Shown here: positions 1 through 10,432 of the stretch, in pieces | Position numbering within the stretch: the first letter of the stretch is position 1 | How the letters are laid out: the number at the start of each line of letters is the position of its first letter | Assembly (NCBI GenBank): GCA_963835585.1 | Contig: CAWIGF010000003.1 | Location: 516,530-580,529, forward strand | Source of the DNA: an uncultured Candidatus Woesearchaeota archaeon | Lineage (GTDB): Archaea > Nanobdellota > Nanobdellia > Woesearchaeales > UBA10107 | Direction of reading: 5' to 3' | Length of the DNA: 64,000 nucleotides | Position numbers and translations under genes: made by a program | Notes under the pieces: generated by a model | Told to the model about the DNA's origin: nothing | The model's input: only the letters and a program-made list of their open reading frames with translations | Database searches by the model: none

Positions 1-156
1 TCTATAAATATGCTCCAAATGCCCAAATTCCCGACTAAAATCGGCTTAAAACCAAAACCTTTATAAAGGAGTGCCGTGACAAAAAACACTATGGCCATCA
101 TTTCTCTAGACATAGTTATTCAATAAGGATAAACTAATGGCTAGAGAGTGATCTAT

Positions 157-229
157 GCCCTGGTGGTGTAGTGGCCTATCATGAAGCCCTGTCGCGGCTT
201 CGACCCGAGTTCAAATCTCGGCCAGGGCG
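157..229 (+). tRNA. tRNA-Asp (anticodon GTC)
   Basis: Cloverleaf folded by hand. Acceptor GCCCTGG/CCAGGGC, anticodon stem AAGCC/GGCTT, loop CTGTCGC giving anticodon GTC, T-loop TTCAAAT, discriminator G. 73 nt. Confidence 0.8.
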
Positions 230-234
230 TTCAG

Positions 235-323
235 GGCCGGTTAGCGCAGTCTGGTAGCGCACAGCACTTTTAACAAGTGCGGAAGCAATGCTGGGGTCGC
301 GGGTTCAAATCCCGTACCGGTCA
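235..323 (+). tRNA. tRNA-Lys (anticodon TTT) with ~15-nt intron
   Basis: Acceptor GGCCGGT/ACCGGTC (one G-U), D-arm GCGC-AGTCTGGTA-GCGC, anticodon stem CAGCA/TGCTG, loop CTTTTA|A. A 15-nt insert (273-287) sits at the canonical 37/38 position. T-arm GCGGG-TTCAAAT-CCCGT. Confidence 0.65.
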
Positions 324-383
324 TCAAGCTGCGAACGGAAGGCATGGAGCCTGCCGGTCATCAAAAAATAAGCAACAAACAAA

Positions 384-635
384 ATGGCAACAACAAAAAA
401 ACGGGCATTCGAGAAACACGATCTGGTGCCTGTTCACGAAAAGATTTCTGACTCGGAAAAAGAGAAGCTCATGCAGGAATTGAATGTCAATTTCAAGGAC
501 CTGCCGAAAATAAGCCGGAACGATCCCGCAATAATTGACGACGCATCGATCAAGACAGGAGACATCATCAGAGTAAAAAGAAAAAGCAGCACGGCAAAGG
601 AAGTAAATTTCTACAGGGGTGTCATCGATGCTTGA
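384..635 (+). CDS. rpoH: DNA-directed RNA polymerase subunit H (Rpb5-like)
   Basis: 83-aa ORF with an RpoH-like sequence (HDLVPVHEKIS...NDPAIIDD..GDIIRVKRKS). It sits immediately upstream of rpoB, as in the conserved archaeal operon. Confidence 0.85.
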   Translation: MATTKKRAFEKHDLVPVHEKISDSEKEKLMQELNVNFKDLPKISRNDPAIIDDASIKTGDIIRVKRKSSTAKEVNFYRGVIDA

Positions 636-2112
636 TTCGAAGCAATTGATCAAGAAATATTTCGAGGAAAAATCATTAGTAGCATCGAACATAAACTCGT
701 TCAACAATTTCGTGGAGCAGGAATTGGCGGAGATTCTCGAGGAAAACAAGACAATAGAGCCAACAATCATACCGCACAACGTGGACAGCTTCCAGATAAA
801 GCTGGACAAGATATGGATTACCGAACCAGAAATAACCGAGGCCGACGGCTCAAAAAGAAAAATATTTCCCATAGAAGCGAGAGTGAGAAAACTCACGTAC
901 GCATCTCCTATCTTCATCAACATATCAGCCCACATAAACGGGATACAGAGGGAAACCTTCACCGCGCAGATCGGAAATCTTCCAATCATGATCAAGTCGA
1001 AATACTGCCATTTAAGCAAATTGAGCAAACAGGAATTGATCGCTAAAGGAGAGGATCCAAACGAACCTGGCGGATACTTCATAGTCAACGGGACCGAGAA
1101 AGTCCTTGTCAACATAGAGGACTTGGCCCCGAACAGATTATTGGTCGAGAAAGCGAATCTCGGCGTATCCGCGTACATAGGAAAATTATTCTCGGAAAAG
1201 GGATCGTTCAAGATTCCCCATTCGTTCGAAAGGCTGAAAGACGGAATATTCTACACCACGTTCACAAGACTGAAGAGAGTCCCTACAATCGTGCTGCTGA
1301 AAGCGCTCGGATTGTTGAAGGATGAGGAGATAATGAATTCCGTTTCGCCGGAAAGGCAGTATGATGAAGTTGTTGTGAACCTTATCGAGTTCAACAGCAT
1401 AAAGACAGAGGAAGACGCCATGGATTACCTCGCGAAAAAGGCAGGAATAACCCAGGCAAAAGAGATCAGGATAGAGAGAATGTCCGAGATGCTGGACAAA
1501 TATCTGTTGCCCCATCTTGGAATAGAAACAAGCGACAGGATTTACAAGGCGAAGAACATATGCAAATATCTCAAGCAATTCATCCAGACAGCACGCAAAG
1601 AAATACCTGAGGACGAGAAGGATCACTATTCCAACAAGAGATTGAAGATGAGCGGGGATCTTCTGGCAGACTTGTTCAGGGTAAACCTGAAAGTATTGAT
1701 AGGGGACGTGCTTTACAATTTCCAGAGGATAGTCAAGAGGGGAAAGTTCCCGAGCATAAAAGTAATAATAAGGGACAAGCTGCTTACTCAACGAATCTAT
1801 TCCAGCATGGCCACCGGAACATGGGTCGGAAGCAGGAAGGGAATCTCGCAGAGAATCCAGAGAACGAATTATCTAGAAACACTTTCGCATCTGCAGAGAG
1901 TAGTCTCGCCATTATCGACGAGCCAGGAAAATTTCGAGGCAAGGGAATTGCATCCTACTCATCTTGGAAGACTGTGCCCTGCGGAAACTCCTGAGGGAAC
2001 CAACATAGGATTAAGGAAAAATTTGGCGATGATGGCAGAGATAACAGAGGAGACTCCGGAAAAGGAAGTCCTTGAAGTACTTAAGAAGAATGGAGTGAGC
2101 ATCATACAATGA
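619..2112 (+). CDS. rpoB2: RNA polymerase subunit B'' (N-terminal half of split RpoB)
   Basis: 497-aa ORF with RpoB N-terminal domains. Its stop overlaps the start of the following B' ORF (ATGA), the split-rpoB arrangement typical of many archaea. Confidence 0.9.
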   Translation: MSSMLDSKQLIKKYFEEKSLVASNINSFNNFVEQELAEILEENKTIEPTIIPHNVDSFQIKLDKIWITEPEITEADGSKRKIFPIEARVRKLTYASPIFINISAHINGIQRETFTAQIGNLPIMIKSKYCHLSKLSKQELIAKGEDPNEPGGYFIVNGTEKVLVNIEDLAPNRLLVEKANLGVSAYIGKLFSEKGSFKIPHSFERLKDGIFYTTFTRLKRVPTIVLLKALGLLKDEEIMNSVSPERQYDEVVVNLIEFNSIKTEEDAMDYLAKKAGITQAKEIRIERMSEMLDKYLLPHLGIETSDRIYKAKNICKYLKQFIQTARKEIPEDEKDHYSNKRLKMSGDLLADLFRVNLKVLIGDVLYNFQRIVKRGKFPSIKVIIRDKLLTQRIYSSMATGTWVGSRKGISQRIQRTNYLETLSHLQRVVSPLSTSQENFEARELHPTHLGRLCPAETPEGTNIGLRKNLAMMAEITEETPEKEVLEVLKKNGVSIIQ

Positions 2113-3911
2113 CCGAAATATACCTCAATTTCAAATACATAGGGGACACTGAAAATTCGAAAGAGCTTATGGCTCATTTGCTAGACCAGAGAAGGAAGGG
2201 AATACTTTCAGGAAACGTAAATTTCCAGCTTGATGAGGAGTGCGACAAGATAAATATCGATTCATCGCGAGGAAGAGTCAGAAGACCATTGATAGTCGTC
2301 AAGGACGGAAAACCAATGGTTACTGAAAAACATGTTCAGCAATTGCAGAAAAACGAGATCACATGGAACGACTTGGCAAGACAAGGAGTCGTTGAATATC
2401 TGGACGCTGCCGAGGAAGAAAACGCGTTCGTTGCGTTCTTCGAAAAAGACGTAACAAAAGAAACCACTCATCTTGAGATCGCTCCGATATCGATGCTAGG
2501 AATCGTGGCATCTCTTGTTCCCTATGGAGATTTCACGCCCGGAGCCCGTATGTGCATCGGTTCAAAGAACCAGAAGCACGCCGCAGGATTCTACGCGGCA
2601 AATTATCCGACTAGATTCGACATGGATGTAAATCTTTTGCATCAGCCTCAGGTTCCCATTGTCCAGACGGCAATGTATGACGTCATCGAATATGACAAGC
2701 ATCCCGCAGGGCAGAATGTTGTCGTTGCAATCATGAGCTACAAGGGTTACAACATAGAGGACGCGATCATAATCAACAAGGGTTCCCTTGACAGGGGACT
2801 GTTCAGATCCACATATTACAGGCCTGAATCCACGGAAGAAATAAGATATTCGGGCGGATTGATGGATGAGATCGGAATTCCTGACAAGGAAGTCAAGGGA
2901 TACAGATCCGAAAAAGATTACAAATACTTAGAGGAAGACGGAATCATATACCCTGAAACAAAAGTCGACGAGGACAATGTCATCATAGGAAAGACATCTC
3001 CTCCAAGATTCCTGAATTCGATGGATGAATACAATCTGGGAGCAAATGTAAGAAGGGAAAGCTCGTCCGCGATAAAGCACGGAGAGACCGGAGTAATTGA
3101 TTTCGTCCTTGTTACTGAAAGCGAAGAAGGAAACAAACTGGTCCAGGTAAGGGTAAGGGACCAGAGGATTCCTGAGATAGGAGACAAGTTCACTCCTCGA
3201 CATTATCAAAAAGGAATCATAGGGTTGCTTGTTCCGCAGCCGGACATGCCATTCTCGGCATCCGGAATTACACCGGACTTAATGACGTCACCCCATGGTA
3301 TCCCGTCACGTATGACAGTTTCATATTTGCTTGAGTTATTGGGGGGGAAAGTCGGGGCATTGAACGGAAGGTACGTCGATGGAACGATATTCGAGGCGGA
3401 ACCCGAATCAGTTTTGCGAACGGAACTCTCGAAGCTCGGATTCATGGAAAATGGAACAGAGACAATGTACAATGGGGAAACGGGAGAGAAATACACCGCG
3501 CGAATATTCGTGGGAAACATGTTCTACCTAAGATTGAAGCACATGGTGGCAAACAAATTGCACTCAAGAGCAAGAGGGCCAATCCAACTGCTCACAAGAC
3601 AGCCAACAGAAGGAAGGGCGAAAGAAGGCGGTCTGAGATTGGGAGAAATGGAGAAGGATACGTTCGTAGCTAACGGGGCGGCAATGCTTTTGAAGGAAAG
3701 ATTCGACTCGGACAAGACAGTCGTTCCGGTATGCGAGAAATGCGGCTCGATGGGATACTACAATGAATACAAGAAAGTCAGGATGTGCCCTATTGACGGG
3801 GAAGATTCCGAACTTTCAAACGTAGAGATGGCATACGCATTCAAGCTAATCATCGATGAATTGAAATCAATGGGGATAAATCCAAAATTATCGCTGGAGG
3901 ACAAATACTGA
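2109..3911 (+). CDS. rpoB1: RNA polymerase subunit B' (C-terminal half of split RpoB)
   Basis: 600-aa ORF with conserved RpoB C-terminal motifs and a terminal Zn-ribbon (CEKCGSMGY...CPIDGE). Confidence 0.9.
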   Translation: MTEIYLNFKYIGDTENSKELMAHLLDQRRKGILSGNVNFQLDEECDKINIDSSRGRVRRPLIVVKDGKPMVTEKHVQQLQKNEITWNDLARQGVVEYLDAAEEENAFVAFFEKDVTKETTHLEIAPISMLGIVASLVPYGDFTPGARMCIGSKNQKHAAGFYAANYPTRFDMDVNLLHQPQVPIVQTAMYDVIEYDKHPAGQNVVVAIMSYKGYNIEDAIIINKGSLDRGLFRSTYYRPESTEEIRYSGGLMDEIGIPDKEVKGYRSEKDYKYLEEDGIIYPETKVDEDNVIIGKTSPPRFLNSMDEYNLGANVRRESSSAIKHGETGVIDFVLVTESEEGNKLVQVRVRDQRIPEIGDKFTPRHYQKGIIGLLVPQPDMPFSASGITPDLMTSPHGIPSRMTVSYLLELLGGKVGALNGRYVDGTIFEAEPESVLRTELSKLGFMENGTETMYNGETGEKYTARIFVGNMFYLRLKHMVANKLHSRARGPIQLLTRQPTEGRAKEGGLRLGEMEKDTFVANGAAMLLKERFDSDKTVVPVCEKCGSMGYYNEYKKVRMCPIDGEDSELSNVEMAYAFKLIIDELKSMGINPKLSLEDKY

Positions 3912-6484
3912 TGGACGAGCAGACAGTTTACAAACGAGTGCAGAGCATATCTTTCGGAATGTTCGACCCGCAGACAATCAAAAAAATGTCCGCAGCAAAG
4001 ATCGTCACCCCCGAATTATATGACCGCGAGGGGTATCCTGTAGATGGCGGTCTGATGGACATCAGGATGGGAGTCATCGACCCAGGATTGCGATGCAAGA
4101 CATGCGGCCAGAAGATAAAGGAATGCCCTGGACACTTCGGGTACATGGAGCTGGCACGACCAGTGATACACATCAAGTTCGTAAATCTAATCATATCTTT
4201 ATTGCGAAGCACATGCAACCAATGCGGACGAATTCTTGCTCCTCACGAAAAAGTAGCCGAGCACCATGACGAGCTGAAGAAGATAGAAGAGGAAGAAGGC
4301 CCAGAAGAAAGGAGAAAGCGAATCGCGGAAATCGTCGCTTCATTGAAATCGGCCATGAAATGCCCTCACTGCAAGGCCAAGCAATTCAAGATCACGCTCG
4401 AAAAACCGTACACCGTCCTTGAAGACGACAAGAGAATATCTCCTATCGAGATCCGATCAAGGCTTGAAAGGATACCGCACGATGATCTCGAGGTAATGGG
4501 AATAAACGGAGAAGTGGCAAGGCCTGAATGGGCAATCCTGACAATAATGGCAATACCTCCTGTAACAATGAGGCCATCCATCACATTGGAAACAGGAGAA
4601 AGGAGCGAGGATGACCTGACTCACAAGCTAGGAGACATCGTAAGGATAAACCAGAGATTGTTCGAGAACATAAATGCAGGAGCTCCTGAAATAATCATAG
4701 AAGATCTTTGGGATCTTTTGCAATACCACATCACGACATTCTTTGACAATGAAGTTGCGCAACTGCCGCCAGCAAGGCACAGGAACGGGCAGCCATTGAA
4801 GACAATCTCAGAAAGAATCAAATCGAAAGAAGGACGAATAAGGCATAACCTTGCAGGAAAGAGAACGAACTTCTCGGCTCGTACCGTAATTTCCCCCGAT
4901 CCTATGATTTCCATAAATGAAGTCGGCGTTCCGGAAGCGATAGCAAGAAAGTTGACGGTTCCGGAAAGAGTTACCGATTGGAATCTTGAATACCTCAAGG
5001 AATTCGTGAAAAGGGGCCCTGAACAATATCCCGGTTCCAACTACATCATAAGACCCGACGGAAAGAAGAAGAAAATAACAAATGAGACGCAGGAAAGCTG
5101 CTTGGAAGAATTGCAGCCCGGCTACGTCGTGGAAAGGCACCTGATGGACGGCGATATCGCGATATTCAACAGGCAGCCGTCACTGCACAGGATGAGCATG
5201 ATGTGCCACAAGGTAAAGATCCTTCCAGGAAAGACATTGAGATTGAACGTGGCAGTTTGCGCACCATACAACGCGGATTTCGATGGAGATGAAATGAACC
5301 TTCACATCCCACAGACAGAGGAAGCAAGAGCCGAAGCGGAAATTCTCATGCTTGTACAGACGCAAATCATATCCCCAAGATACGGCCTCGCCGTGATAGG
5401 AGGAACACAGGACGCATTGTCCGGAAATTACTTGCTTACCAAGAATCTTTCGTTCAGCAAGCGAAAATCAATCGAGCTTCTCGCGTCAGTCGGCATAGAA
5501 GATTTCTCAAGATTGCCCAAGAAAGAAATGATAACAGGAAAGGAAATATTCAGCATGCTTATTCCTCTTGACTTCTCATTCAAAGGGGAGACAAAGGACA
5601 ACACTCCAATCGTGATAAAGAGCGGAATGCTCGTGGAAGGCTACATGGACTCAGCGAATCTTGGAGAAGGCGCTGGCTTGTTCCTGAGAAGCATCCACAA
5701 ACAGTATGGTGAGGAATTCACAGCGGACATACTCGGAAAAATATTCAAGCTTGGAATATCCACTCTCATGAATTATGGGCAGAGCGCAGTGATATCCGAT
5801 TTGGACCTGCCCGACAAGATAAAGAGCCAGATAAAATCCATACTGAATGACACGTACAAAAAAATAGACGAGGCAATCGTTCAATATCACAAGAAGACAA
5901 TGGAAACATTCCCAGGAAAGACAATGGAAGAGACATTCGAGATGAGATGCCTTGAGCTTCTTAACAAGGCGCGTAACAAGATCGCGAACACGCTCTCGGA
6001 GAATGAGATGGAAGACACTCACATGGAAGTCATGATCAGGTCAGGAGCGGCTGGAAAATTCCTTAACCTCACGCAGATGGCGGCATGTGTCGGCCAGCAG
6101 GCATTGCGAGGCGGAAGAATCAGCAACGGATACAGGAACAGGACTTTATCAGCTTTCAAAAAAGGAGATCTGACTTCTGCTGCGCACGGATTCGTGAGCG
6201 GCGGATTCAAGGACGGTTTGAAACCTGCGGAATTCTTCTTCATGAGCATGACAGGACGAGACGCCCTCATGGATACAGCACTGCGTACCCCTAAATCAGG
6301 TTACTTGTACAGGAGACTCGCTAATGCGATGCAGGATTTGCGAGTCGAATACGACGAGACGGTAAGGGATTCATCCGGAAAGATAATCCAGTTCAAGTAC
6401 GGCGAAGACGGCATCGACGTCTCGAAATCTGAAAAAGGAAAGCTGAATGTCACGAGAATAATCAACAAGATCACAGGTGGATAA
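3911..6484 (+). CDS. rpoA1: RNA polymerase subunit A' (largest subunit, N-terminal part)
   Basis: 857-aa ORF with Zn-binding motifs (CKTCGQ..CPGHFG), the catalytic NADFDGDEMN motif, and a trigger-loop region. Confidence 0.92.
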   Translation: MDEQTVYKRVQSISFGMFDPQTIKKMSAAKIVTPELYDREGYPVDGGLMDIRMGVIDPGLRCKTCGQKIKECPGHFGYMELARPVIHIKFVNLIISLLRSTCNQCGRILAPHEKVAEHHDELKKIEEEEGPEERRKRIAEIVASLKSAMKCPHCKAKQFKITLEKPYTVLEDDKRISPIEIRSRLERIPHDDLEVMGINGEVARPEWAILTIMAIPPVTMRPSITLETGERSEDDLTHKLGDIVRINQRLFENINAGAPEIIIEDLWDLLQYHITTFFDNEVAQLPPARHRNGQPLKTISERIKSKEGRIRHNLAGKRTNFSARTVISPDPMISINEVGVPEAIARKLTVPERVTDWNLEYLKEFVKRGPEQYPGSNYIIRPDGKKKKITNETQESCLEELQPGYVVERHLMDGDIAIFNRQPSLHRMSMMCHKVKILPGKTLRLNVAVCAPYNADFDGDEMNLHIPQTEEARAEAEILMLVQTQIISPRYGLAVIGGTQDALSGNYLLTKNLSFSKRKSIELLASVGIEDFSRLPKKEMITGKEIFSMLIPLDFSFKGETKDNTPIVIKSGMLVEGYMDSANLGEGAGLFLRSIHKQYGEEFTADILGKIFKLGISTLMNYGQSAVISDLDLPDKIKSQIKSILNDTYKKIDEAIVQYHKKTMETFPGKTMEETFEMRCLELLNKARNKIANTLSENEMEDTHMEVMIRSGAAGKFLNLTQMAACVGQQALRGGRISNGYRNRTLSAFKKGDLTSAAHGFVSGGFKDGLKPAEFFFMSMTGRDALMDTALRTPKSGYLYRRLANAMQDLRVEYDETVRDSSGKIIQFKYGEDGIDVSKSEKGKLNVTRIINKITGG

Positions 6485-7618
6485 ATGGCAGCGCTCGAAG
6501 AACTGAAATCAAAACTCAACCTGAAAATTGTCGAGGAAATAGAAGCGAACATTCCGAAAGGGACGTCTTCTGACAAGATAAAGAAGATATACGAGGAAGT
6601 CTGCAAGGAATACGAGCTCGCAAAGATAGCGCCCGGAGAGAGCGTAGGCATAGTATCGGCCGAATCGATAGGAGAGCCAGGTACTCAAATGACATTGAAC
6701 GTCTTCCACTTCGCTGGTGTCGCAGAAATGAACGTAACGATGGGCCTTCCAAGACTTATCGAAATTTTAGATGGAAGAAAGACAATCGATACTCCTATGA
6801 TGGAAATTTACCTAAAGGAACCTTACATGTCGGGAAAGAACATAAAAGAGCTGGCCTTGCAGATAAAAGAGACTAGGCTGTCAGAGATCGTGAACGAATT
6901 CGTGATCGATTTGGCCGAGAACTCCGTATCGTTCAGCATTGACGAGGAGAAAGCGAAGATAATAGGGGCAAATTCAACGCATATCATGAAAGGAATAGAG
7001 AAATCCACGAAGCTTTCTGTGAAACAAGAAGGAAAGAGTTATGTCGTGCCTGTTACAAACAAGGACGCGAACGTGAATGAAGTCTACAAATTAAAGGAAA
7101 CTCTAAGGAACGTGTTCATATCCGGAATAAAAGGAATAACTCAGGTCCTTCCGATTAAAAGAGGAGAAGAATACGTAATCATCACGGCAGGAACAAACCT
7201 AAAGGCAGTAATGGGAATGGATTCCGTGGACACGGAAAGAACGACAACAAATGATATCTTCGAGATTTACGATGTCCTTGGAATTGAGGCGACAAGAGCA
7301 GCAATCGTGAATGAGATTTACAAGGTCATAGAAGGCCAAGGATTGGATGTTGACGAAAGGCATGTCATGCTCGTAGCGGACATGATGACTGTCGATGGAA
7401 CAATAAAAGGCATAACAAGATATGGAATAATCGGGGAGAAATCATCGGTATTGGCGAGAGCGTCATTCGAGACGCCTATCAAGCACCTCATCAATGCTGC
7501 GCTTATCGGCGAGAGAGATCCACTTAAGTCTGTTGTCGAGAACGTCATGATAAACCAAATAATCCCCATAGGCACAGGATTGCCGCGAATAGTAATGAAG
7601 GGGAAGGAGAAGAAGTAA
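6485..7618 (+). CDS. rpoA2: RNA polymerase subunit A'' (C-terminal part of largest subunit)
   Basis: 377-aa ORF starting 1 nt after the rpoA' stop. It has RpoA'' motifs (GEPGTQMTLNVFHFAGV). Confidence 0.9.
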   Translation: MAALEELKSKLNLKIVEEIEANIPKGTSSDKIKKIYEEVCKEYELAKIAPGESVGIVSAESIGEPGTQMTLNVFHFAGVAEMNVTMGLPRLIEILDGRKTIDTPMMEIYLKEPYMSGKNIKELALQIKETRLSEIVNEFVIDLAENSVSFSIDEEKAKIIGANSTHIMKGIEKSTKLSVKQEGKSYVVPVTNKDANVNEVYKLKETLRNVFISGIKGITQVLPIKRGEEYVIITAGTNLKAVMGMDSVDTERTTTNDIFEIYDVLGIEATRAAIVNEIYKVIEGQGLDVDERHVMLVADMMTVDGTIKGITRYGIIGEKSSVLARASFETPIKHLINAALIGERDPLKSVVENVMINQIIPIGTGLPRIVMKGKEKK

Positions 7619-7619
7619 A

Positions 7620-7880
7620 ATGACAGTGGCAGAACTTAAGAAACTTGCAGGAGACAAGAAATTAATAATCGGGACGGACAGGACGCTGAAGGCACTCAAG
7701 AAAGGAAACCTCAAGAAAGTCTTTCTTGCTAGCAACTGCGAAGCGTCTGCGAAATCTGACATCGAGAACAACGCAAAAATGACAAAAGTCGAAGTGTCCC
7801 AGCTCGATATTTCAAACGAAGACTTAGGAGTTGTAGTTAAGAAGCCATTTTCAGTTTCAGTAATCGGCCTCGCAAAGTAA
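7620..7880 (+). CDS. rpl30e: ribosomal protein L30e
   Basis: 86-aa L30e/L7Ae-fold sequence (KKLIIGTDRTLKALKKG...VFLASNC) at its conserved position after rpoA''. Confidence 0.85.
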   Translation: MTVAELKKLAGDKKLIIGTDRTLKALKKGNLKKVFLASNCEASAKSDIENNAKMTKVEVSQLDISNEDLGVVVKKPFSVSVIGLAK

Positions 7881-7884
7881 TTCT

Positions 7885-8310
7885 ATGAGCGCAACAAAAG
7901 TAATCTACGACGCCAACACGCTTGGCATTATGAAGCTTTTCGAGAACATGACGCACGCCCAGATAAAAGACTGCATCATCGAGGACGAAAGGATAATATT
8001 CATCGTTTTGGAAGGGGAATTGCGGCAGGCTCTTGGAAAACAGGCCGAGAACATAAGGAAACTGTCCGCGAAATTCAACAAGAAGATAAAAATAGTCGAG
8101 TTCAGCCCGCAGCTTCTCACTTTAATAAAAAATTTCATCCATCCGCTTAAAGTCCAGCAGATGCACGAGGAGAACAACATCGTTGTCCTTGAAAGCGACG
8201 ACATGAAGACGAAAGGATTGCTGATTGGAAGGGCTGCGAAGAATCTCAGGGCTTTAGAGAACCATGTCAGAAGATTCTTTCCAGAACTAAAAGAGATAAA
8301 GGTCGTTTAG
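7885..8310 (+). CDS. nusA: archaeal NusA-like KH-domain transcription termination factor
   Basis: 141-aa protein with two KH-like segments (IIFIVLEGELRQALGKQAENIRKL; LLIGRAAKNLRALE). Position is conserved, between rpl30e and rps12. Confidence 0.8.
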   Translation: MSATKVIYDANTLGIMKLFENMTHAQIKDCIIEDERIIFIVLEGELRQALGKQAENIRKLSAKFNKKIKIVEFSPQLLTLIKNFIHPLKVQQMHEENNIVVLESDDMKTKGLLIGRAAKNLRALENHVRRFFPELKEIKVV

Positions 8311-9266
8311 ATAGAATTTGCAATCTGCATCAGTTCTTTAATTTTTTTATTTGCCCATGTTATCTTTTTTCCTGCATCGAGATCCGGCGTTTTTTTGTAA
8401 TGCCGAAGGAATTGGTTATAACATAATATCGCTGTTTTCAAACAATCGAAATCATGATTGCGTTCAAACAAGGAATGGGAAGATATGGCCCGCGAGCCCA
8501 ATATTTTTGCATACATATCTTTGTCGACGTCCTTGATTTGCTCCGAAGCCATAGTCATACATTCATACCAGTTTCTGGCCCAGACAATATCGTTAGTCAA
8601 CAGGAACATCTGCTGAGCCGCATCTCCAGCTGAAAAATAAACACGCCCAAGAACTGCTTTATCTTCCGTAGTCGTCAATTCTGCGTTTCTTCTCCTATGC
8701 GTATACCAATTTTCCGCAAATTTTATTTTTTGCTGCTTGTCCTGCTCCAGATGATACAGCACAGCTGCCGCGTTGGCGGCAGACTTATGCACAAAAGACG
8801 CGTTTTTCACATCAAGTGTGTCGGCAATATTTGATGCCTCGTCATGACATCTATACCATTCCCTTGACCAATCTATTTTTTTCCCATGATCCGATAAAAC
8901 ACGGGCAGCAGTTCCTGCATACGTCAAAAAATCCATCTTCAGCAAGTCTGTTTTTTCTTCGGAAAGTTGACCCATGTCAACTCTTTTCAACCCTTCAATA
9001 TTCAAAGAATGAATTTTTTGCGCATATTCAAAGACAGGAGAATGAAGCTGAATCATTTTATTTGAAAAACGTGCAAGCCGTTTTATGAAATGTGCATCTG
9101 CAAGTTCAAAATTATGATCGTTCCTGTAATATCCCATTACTATTTCCATGCATAAATGACCGCTACTGGTAAATTTTGGAAAATTTTCGAAAAGCAAAGA
9201 GTCAAGAGAAGGACGAGGTTTACTTTTTGGAATGGTATCTGGAGTCATTACCCTTTTGTTTTGCAC
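8307..9266 (-). CDS. hypothetical TPR/Sel1-like repeat protein
   Basis: 319-aa antisense ORF inserted between nusA and rps12. It has three ~45-aa repeats, each starting with a WY motif (REWYRC / ENWYTH / RNWYEC) followed by an A/L-rich helical pattern, suggestive of a TPR-like fold. Confidence 0.45.
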   Translation of the reverse strand: MQNKRVMTPDTIPKSKPRPSLDSLLFENFPKFTSSGHLCMEIVMGYYRNDHNFELADAHFIKRLARFSNKMIQLHSPVFEYAQKIHSLNIEGLKRVDMGQLSEEKTDLLKMDFLTYAGTAARVLSDHGKKIDWSREWYRCHDEASNIADTLDVKNASFVHKSAANAAAVLYHLEQDKQQKIKFAENWYTHRRRNAELTTTEDKAVLGRVYFSAGDAAQQMFLLTNDIVWARNWYECMTMASEQIKDVDKDMYAKILGSRAISSHSLFERNHDFDCLKTAILCYNQFLRHYKKTPDLDAGKKITWANKKIKELMQIANSI

Positions 9267-9376
9267 CTTTTATATAAAATTAACCAGTATTATTTTCCAT
9301 ATAGTAAATAACAGGCACGAAAAACCATAAAACGCAACAGCAATCTTTATAAACACCTCCCCGTTCAAAAATTCAG

Positions 9377-9814
9377 ATGGGTAAGAAATCAAACGGATTA
9401 AACGCTGGAAAGAGCTTATTGAAGCGAAGGGACTTCGCGCGATGGCACAAGAAGAAATACGTCCAGCGAATAATGCACAGCAAGGAACGATTTGATCCAT
9501 TGGGTGGAGCTTCTCAGGCAAAGGGAATCGTGATTGAAAAGGTCCAGGTAGAAGCGAAGCAACCTAACTCGGCCATGAGAAAATGCGTCAAGGTCCAATT
9601 AATCAAGAATGGAAAGCAGGTAACTGCATTCTGCACCGGAGACGGCGCGACAAAACTTATCGATGAGCACGATGAAGTCATCATCGAGCAGATTGGCGGC
9701 ATCAAGGGAAGGGCGAAAGGAGATTTGCCGGGAATCAGATGGTGCGTAATAAAAGTTAACGATCAATCATTGGATGCATTGAGAAAAGGGATACTGGAGA
9801 AGGCACGAAAGTAA
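9377..9814 (+). CDS. rps12: ribosomal protein S12 (S23e)
   Basis: 145 aa with conserved S12 motifs ([24 protein letters not shown]). Confidence 0.92.
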   Translation: MGKKSNGLNAGKSLLKRRDFARWHKKKYVQRIMHSKERFDPLGGASQAKGIVIEKVQVEAKQPNSAMRKCVKVQLIKNGKQVTAFCTGDGATKLIDEHDEVIIEQIGGIKGRAKGDLPGIRWCVIKVNDQSLDALRKGILEKARK

Positions 9815-9815
9815 A

Positions 9816-10427
9816 ATGGAAGAAGCTAGAGGAGATACATTGGTATTCAACCGCTGGTCCATGTCAGGAATCGCTGTCGTCGATCCGGGAATACAGGCTT
9901 ACATCACGCTGACTCCGCGAATGGTTCCAAAAACCGGCGGAAGGAATTCTGGGAAAAGATTCCACAAAACAAAAACATCCATCGTCGAAAGATTCATGGA
10001 CAAGGTCATGGTGTCGGGACACAGGGCAAAAAAGCACAAGATAAGCTCCGGACACAACGGCGGAAAGTCACAGTTGATTTACAAGATAATGATCAAGACG
10101 TTGCAAATCATCGAGGCAAAAACCAAAAAAAATCCAATACAGGTCCTTGTTTCGGCAATAGAGAACGCATCACCAAGAGAAGAGATCATCGCGATAGAGT
10201 ACGGCGGTGCAAGATATCCAAAAGCAGTGGAATGCTCGCCTCAGAGAAGAGTGGATCTTGCAATGAGATTCATGACGCAGGGAGCCGCGCAGAAAGCATT
10301 CGGAACGAAGAAATCAATAGAGCAGGCATTATCGGATGAGATTATCGCGGCATCGCAGATGAACGCGGCATCAGCAGCTATTTCTAAGAAGAACGAGCTT
10401 GAAAGACAGGCAGATTCCAGCAGATAA
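9816..10427 (+). CDS. rps7: ribosomal protein S7 (S5e)
   Basis: 203 aa, S7 family. It follows rps12 in the conserved order. Confidence 0.88.
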   Translation: MEEARGDTLVFNRWSMSGIAVVDPGIQAYITLTPRMVPKTGGRNSGKRFHKTKTSIVERFMDKVMVSGHRAKKHKISSGHNGGKSQLIYKIMIKTLQIIEAKTKKNPIQVLVSAIENASPREEIIAIEYGGARYPKAVECSPQRRVDLAMRFMTQGAAQKAFGTKKSIEQALSDEIIAASQMNAASAAISKKNELERQADSSR

Positions 10428-10432
10428 AGAAA

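Noticed and set aside
324-1211. 295-aa ORF antisense to rpoH/rpoB''
   Set aside because: Antisense to strongly conserved RNAP coding sequence with no recognisable features. Typical spurious antisense ORF.
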